52,581 nucleotides of DNA from Promethearchaeota archaeon (GTDB lineage Archaea; Asgardarchaeota; Lokiarchaeia; Sigyniarchaeales; SOKP01), in assembly GCA_048938855.1 (NCBI GenBank), contig JBHLLT010000021.1, forward strand, positions 1 to 52,581, read 5' to 3'. The notes below the pieces were generated by a model, which did not search any database, was not told where the DNA came from, and saw nothing but the letters and a program-made list of their open reading frames with translations. The position numbers and the translations under genes are program-made. Within the stretch, counting starts at the first letter, position 1. Each line of letters begins with the position of its first letter. Shown one piece after another: positions 50,351 through 52,581 of this stretch.

Positions 50351-52270
50351 ATGAAAAAAATTAAAAAAAAAACATTTAGTTTCATAATTCTAATATTATT
50401 TGTATTTTTGCCTAAACTTCCTTATTTTGACGGAAATTTAATTAAATTTTATCCTTCAAGAGACAAGGAGCTGGATAATGACATTTTTACTCGATTAAAG
50501 ATTGCGCAAGAAAATGTAGTATGGAACCGTACATGGGATAATTTATATGACATTGGTAATGGAATATGGGGAAATGAAATCTGTCTTTATACATGTGGGA
50601 GCACTGAGACTGCGGTGGAACCGAATGATCGGGATTTATTACTGATAAAATGGGATATTAATGGTAATCAACTCTGGAATCGTACCTGGGGAGGATCTTC
50701 TCTTGAAACTGGACTAGCAATTTGCGGAAATGGGGACTACATTTACACATGCGGTGTAACATCGAGTTATGCTATAGGTGCTTATGATATGCTTTTAATA
50801 AAGTGGGATAGCAACGGCAATCAACTCTGGAATCGTACTTGGGGAGATGTGGGCAATGATTACGCAAGGGCAATTTGGAGCGATGGAATCAATATTTACA
50901 TATGTGGGGACTCAGAATACTCAAGTGTAAATGGCACAAATAGTGATTTAACAGTTTTAAAATGGGATAGTGAAGGTAATAAAATATGGAATACAACATG
51001 GGGAGGATATAATAATGAACAAGGATCGTTTATTTGGGGTGATGAAGTTAATCTATATGTAGGAGGTTTTACCCAGAGACATGTAGATGGTGACGAGTTT
51101 GACACCGATTCTTTAATTTTAAAATTAAAGGGGGGAGTTATGGAAGGGTTCCCAACTGTAGATTGGTGGAGTACTTTGGGCCACATGGCTGATCATGATG
51201 AAATGTTTTATGATATCTGGAGTGCAGGAGATCATCTCTATACAGTCGGAGTGACTAATGTTATTTCAATGGGGGGATTCCAACTCCTCCTCGTAAAATG
51301 GGACATTATGGGTAATCAACTCTGGAATCGCACTATGGGAGGTGAGGGTAATGATTACGCAAGAGCAATTTGGGGAGATTGGCCATTCCTCTACACATGT
51401 GGATATTCTGATAGTGACACAGGAGGTTGTATTATGAAATGGGATATTGACGGTAGACTACTTTGGGGTCGTCATTTGGGAGAAATGTCTGTTGATCAAG
51501 CAAATGCAATTTGGGGAGATGATATCAATATTTACATGACTGGAGTGGATAGTTCTGGAGGCAATGCAGATTTAGCACTTGTGAAGTGGGAAATCGGTGA
51601 ACCTTTAATAATTAGTCTAAAAACCCCATTAGAGCACATGGTTTATGAAAGTGGAGAAGAAATTGTTATAGATATTTGGAGCGAAGTAGAACTTGGTGGA
51701 TTATTATATAAGTGGGATAATGCTCCATGGCAGCCATTTACATATATTACAAATCTCCCAGCAGGAGATGGAATACACACACTATATGTTTCTGTTGAGA
51801 CTTCTACTCCATACGTTTCAGAGATTCATCCATTCATATTCACTACAGATGACACTGATCCTGATGTAAAAATCCTAAATCCAATAACCAGTGACATTTG
51901 TGCTCACGCTCCGTTATATGATCTCGATATAACAGAACCACACCTTGATCAAATGTGGTATACATTAAATGATGGGCCGAGTCATTTTATTACCACTAGC
52001 AGTGGAGAAATTAGCGAATCGGTATGGAACTCTGTCTCAGATGGGCAAGTAAAGATTAAGTTTTACGTAAGCGATATTTTGGGGCATATTGGCTCTGATG
52101 ATGTAATAGTACAAAAAAACTCTAAAGCTGGAGAAAGTGAGATATTTCGAATTATTATAAATGCGATAATTTATGGCTCTATAACAGGTTTAGTGGGCAT
52201 TGGGTTTTTCTTCATTAAGAGAAGATTAGGGAAAAAGAAACATAAAGTGGTATCAAAAAATGATACTTAA
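50351..52270 (+). CDS. Cell-surface beta-propeller repeat protein with Ig-like stalk and C-terminal TM anchor
   Basis: About 7 repeats of LIKWD..GNQLWNRTWG...IW.DG..IY.CG; signal peptide; two beta-sandwich-like units; TM followed by KRR. Confidence 0.85.
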   Translation: MKKIKKKTFSFIILILFVFLPKLPYFDGNLIKFYPSRDKELDNDIFTRLKIAQENVVWNRTWDNLYDIGNGIWGNEICLYTCGSTETAVEPNDRDLLLIKWDINGNQLWNRTWGGSSLETGLAICGNGDYIYTCGVTSSYAIGAYDMLLIKWDSNGNQLWNRTWGDVGNDYARAIWSDGINIYICGDSEYSSVNGTNSDLTVLKWDSEGNKIWNTTWGGYNNEQGSFIWGDEVNLYVGGFTQRHVDGDEFDTDSLILKLKGGVMEGFPTVDWWSTLGHMADHDEMFYDIWSAGDHLYTVGVTNVISMGGFQLLLVKWDIMGNQLWNRTMGGEGNDYARAIWGDWPFLYTCGYSDSDTGGCIMKWDIDGRLLWGRHLGEMSVDQANAIWGDDINIYMTGVDSSGGNADLALVKWEIGEPLIISLKTPLEHMVYESGEEIVIDIWSEVELGGLLYKWDNAPWQPFTYITNLPAGDGIHTLYVSVETSTPYVSEIHPFIFTTDDTDPDVKILNPITSDICAHAPLYDLDITEPHLDQMWYTLNDGPSHFITTSSGEISESVWNSVSDGQVKIKFYVSDILGHIGSDDVIVQKNSKAGESEIFRIIINAIIYGSITGLVGIGFFFIKRRLGKKKHKVVSKNDT

Positions 52271-52459
52271 CCTAAAATTATAAAGAAATTATATTATCTT
52301 TTATTCTTCTAAAAAAAGATGAAAATTTAATGATTTATAAATAAATTTCATCAAAATCATTCAATTTACAATAAAATTCAGCGGATGTTGTTTGAAATAT
52401 TATCTGTATAAATAAATAGTCTATTTTTTTAGAAATTACAGAAAAAAAGAGGCTTTAAA

Positions 52460-52581
52460 ATGGAAAAAATAAAGAAAGTAAATACTATAATAGTCGGAGG
52501 GGGACAATCAGGACTATCTGTAAGTTACTTCTTAAAAAAAGAAGGAATTGATCATGTCATTTTAGAGAAAGCTGATAAACC
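52460..52581 (+). CDS. FAD-dependent oxidoreductase (flavin monooxygenase-like), cut by the window end
   Basis: Translated by hand: MEKIKKVNTIIVGGGQSGLSVSYFLKKEGIDHVILEK (Rossmann GxGxxG...E). Confidence 0.85.
   Translation, partial: MEKIKKVNTIIVGGGQSGLSVSYFLKKEGIDHVILEKADK

Noticed and set aside
50666-51330. CRISPR-like repeated 17-mer
   Set aside because: In-frame protein repeats with 153- and 495-nt spacing; no cas genes

Overview
AT-rich archaeal chromosomal window, very probably Asgard (Lokiarchaeia-like). This is inferred from a Loki-type profilin, five Rab/Ras-like small GTPases without prenylation tails, several longin/uDENN-like and V4R proteins, an archaeal TBP, CDC48 and a PSTK-like kinase. 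Housekeeping genes (cysS, ileS, argS, tbp, cdc48, dys, agmatinase, peptidases) are interleaved with eukaryotic-signature signalling genes. I found no tRNA, rRNA, CRISPR array or transposase. The most striking signal is absent from the ORF track: a 24-codon Ile-rich upstream ORF (5884-5810, minus strand; 10 Ile, ending IIII-stop) in front of ileS. It is embedded in two long crossing RNA helices, one of which would cover its own start codon. This resembles a bacterial-style ribosome-mediated attenuator, here controlling an IleRS with a non-canonical HIGH motif (QHGN). Second is a GTPase-V4R-GTPase gene module that occurs twice. All protein calls come from recognising motifs by eye; no database searches or folding programs were run.
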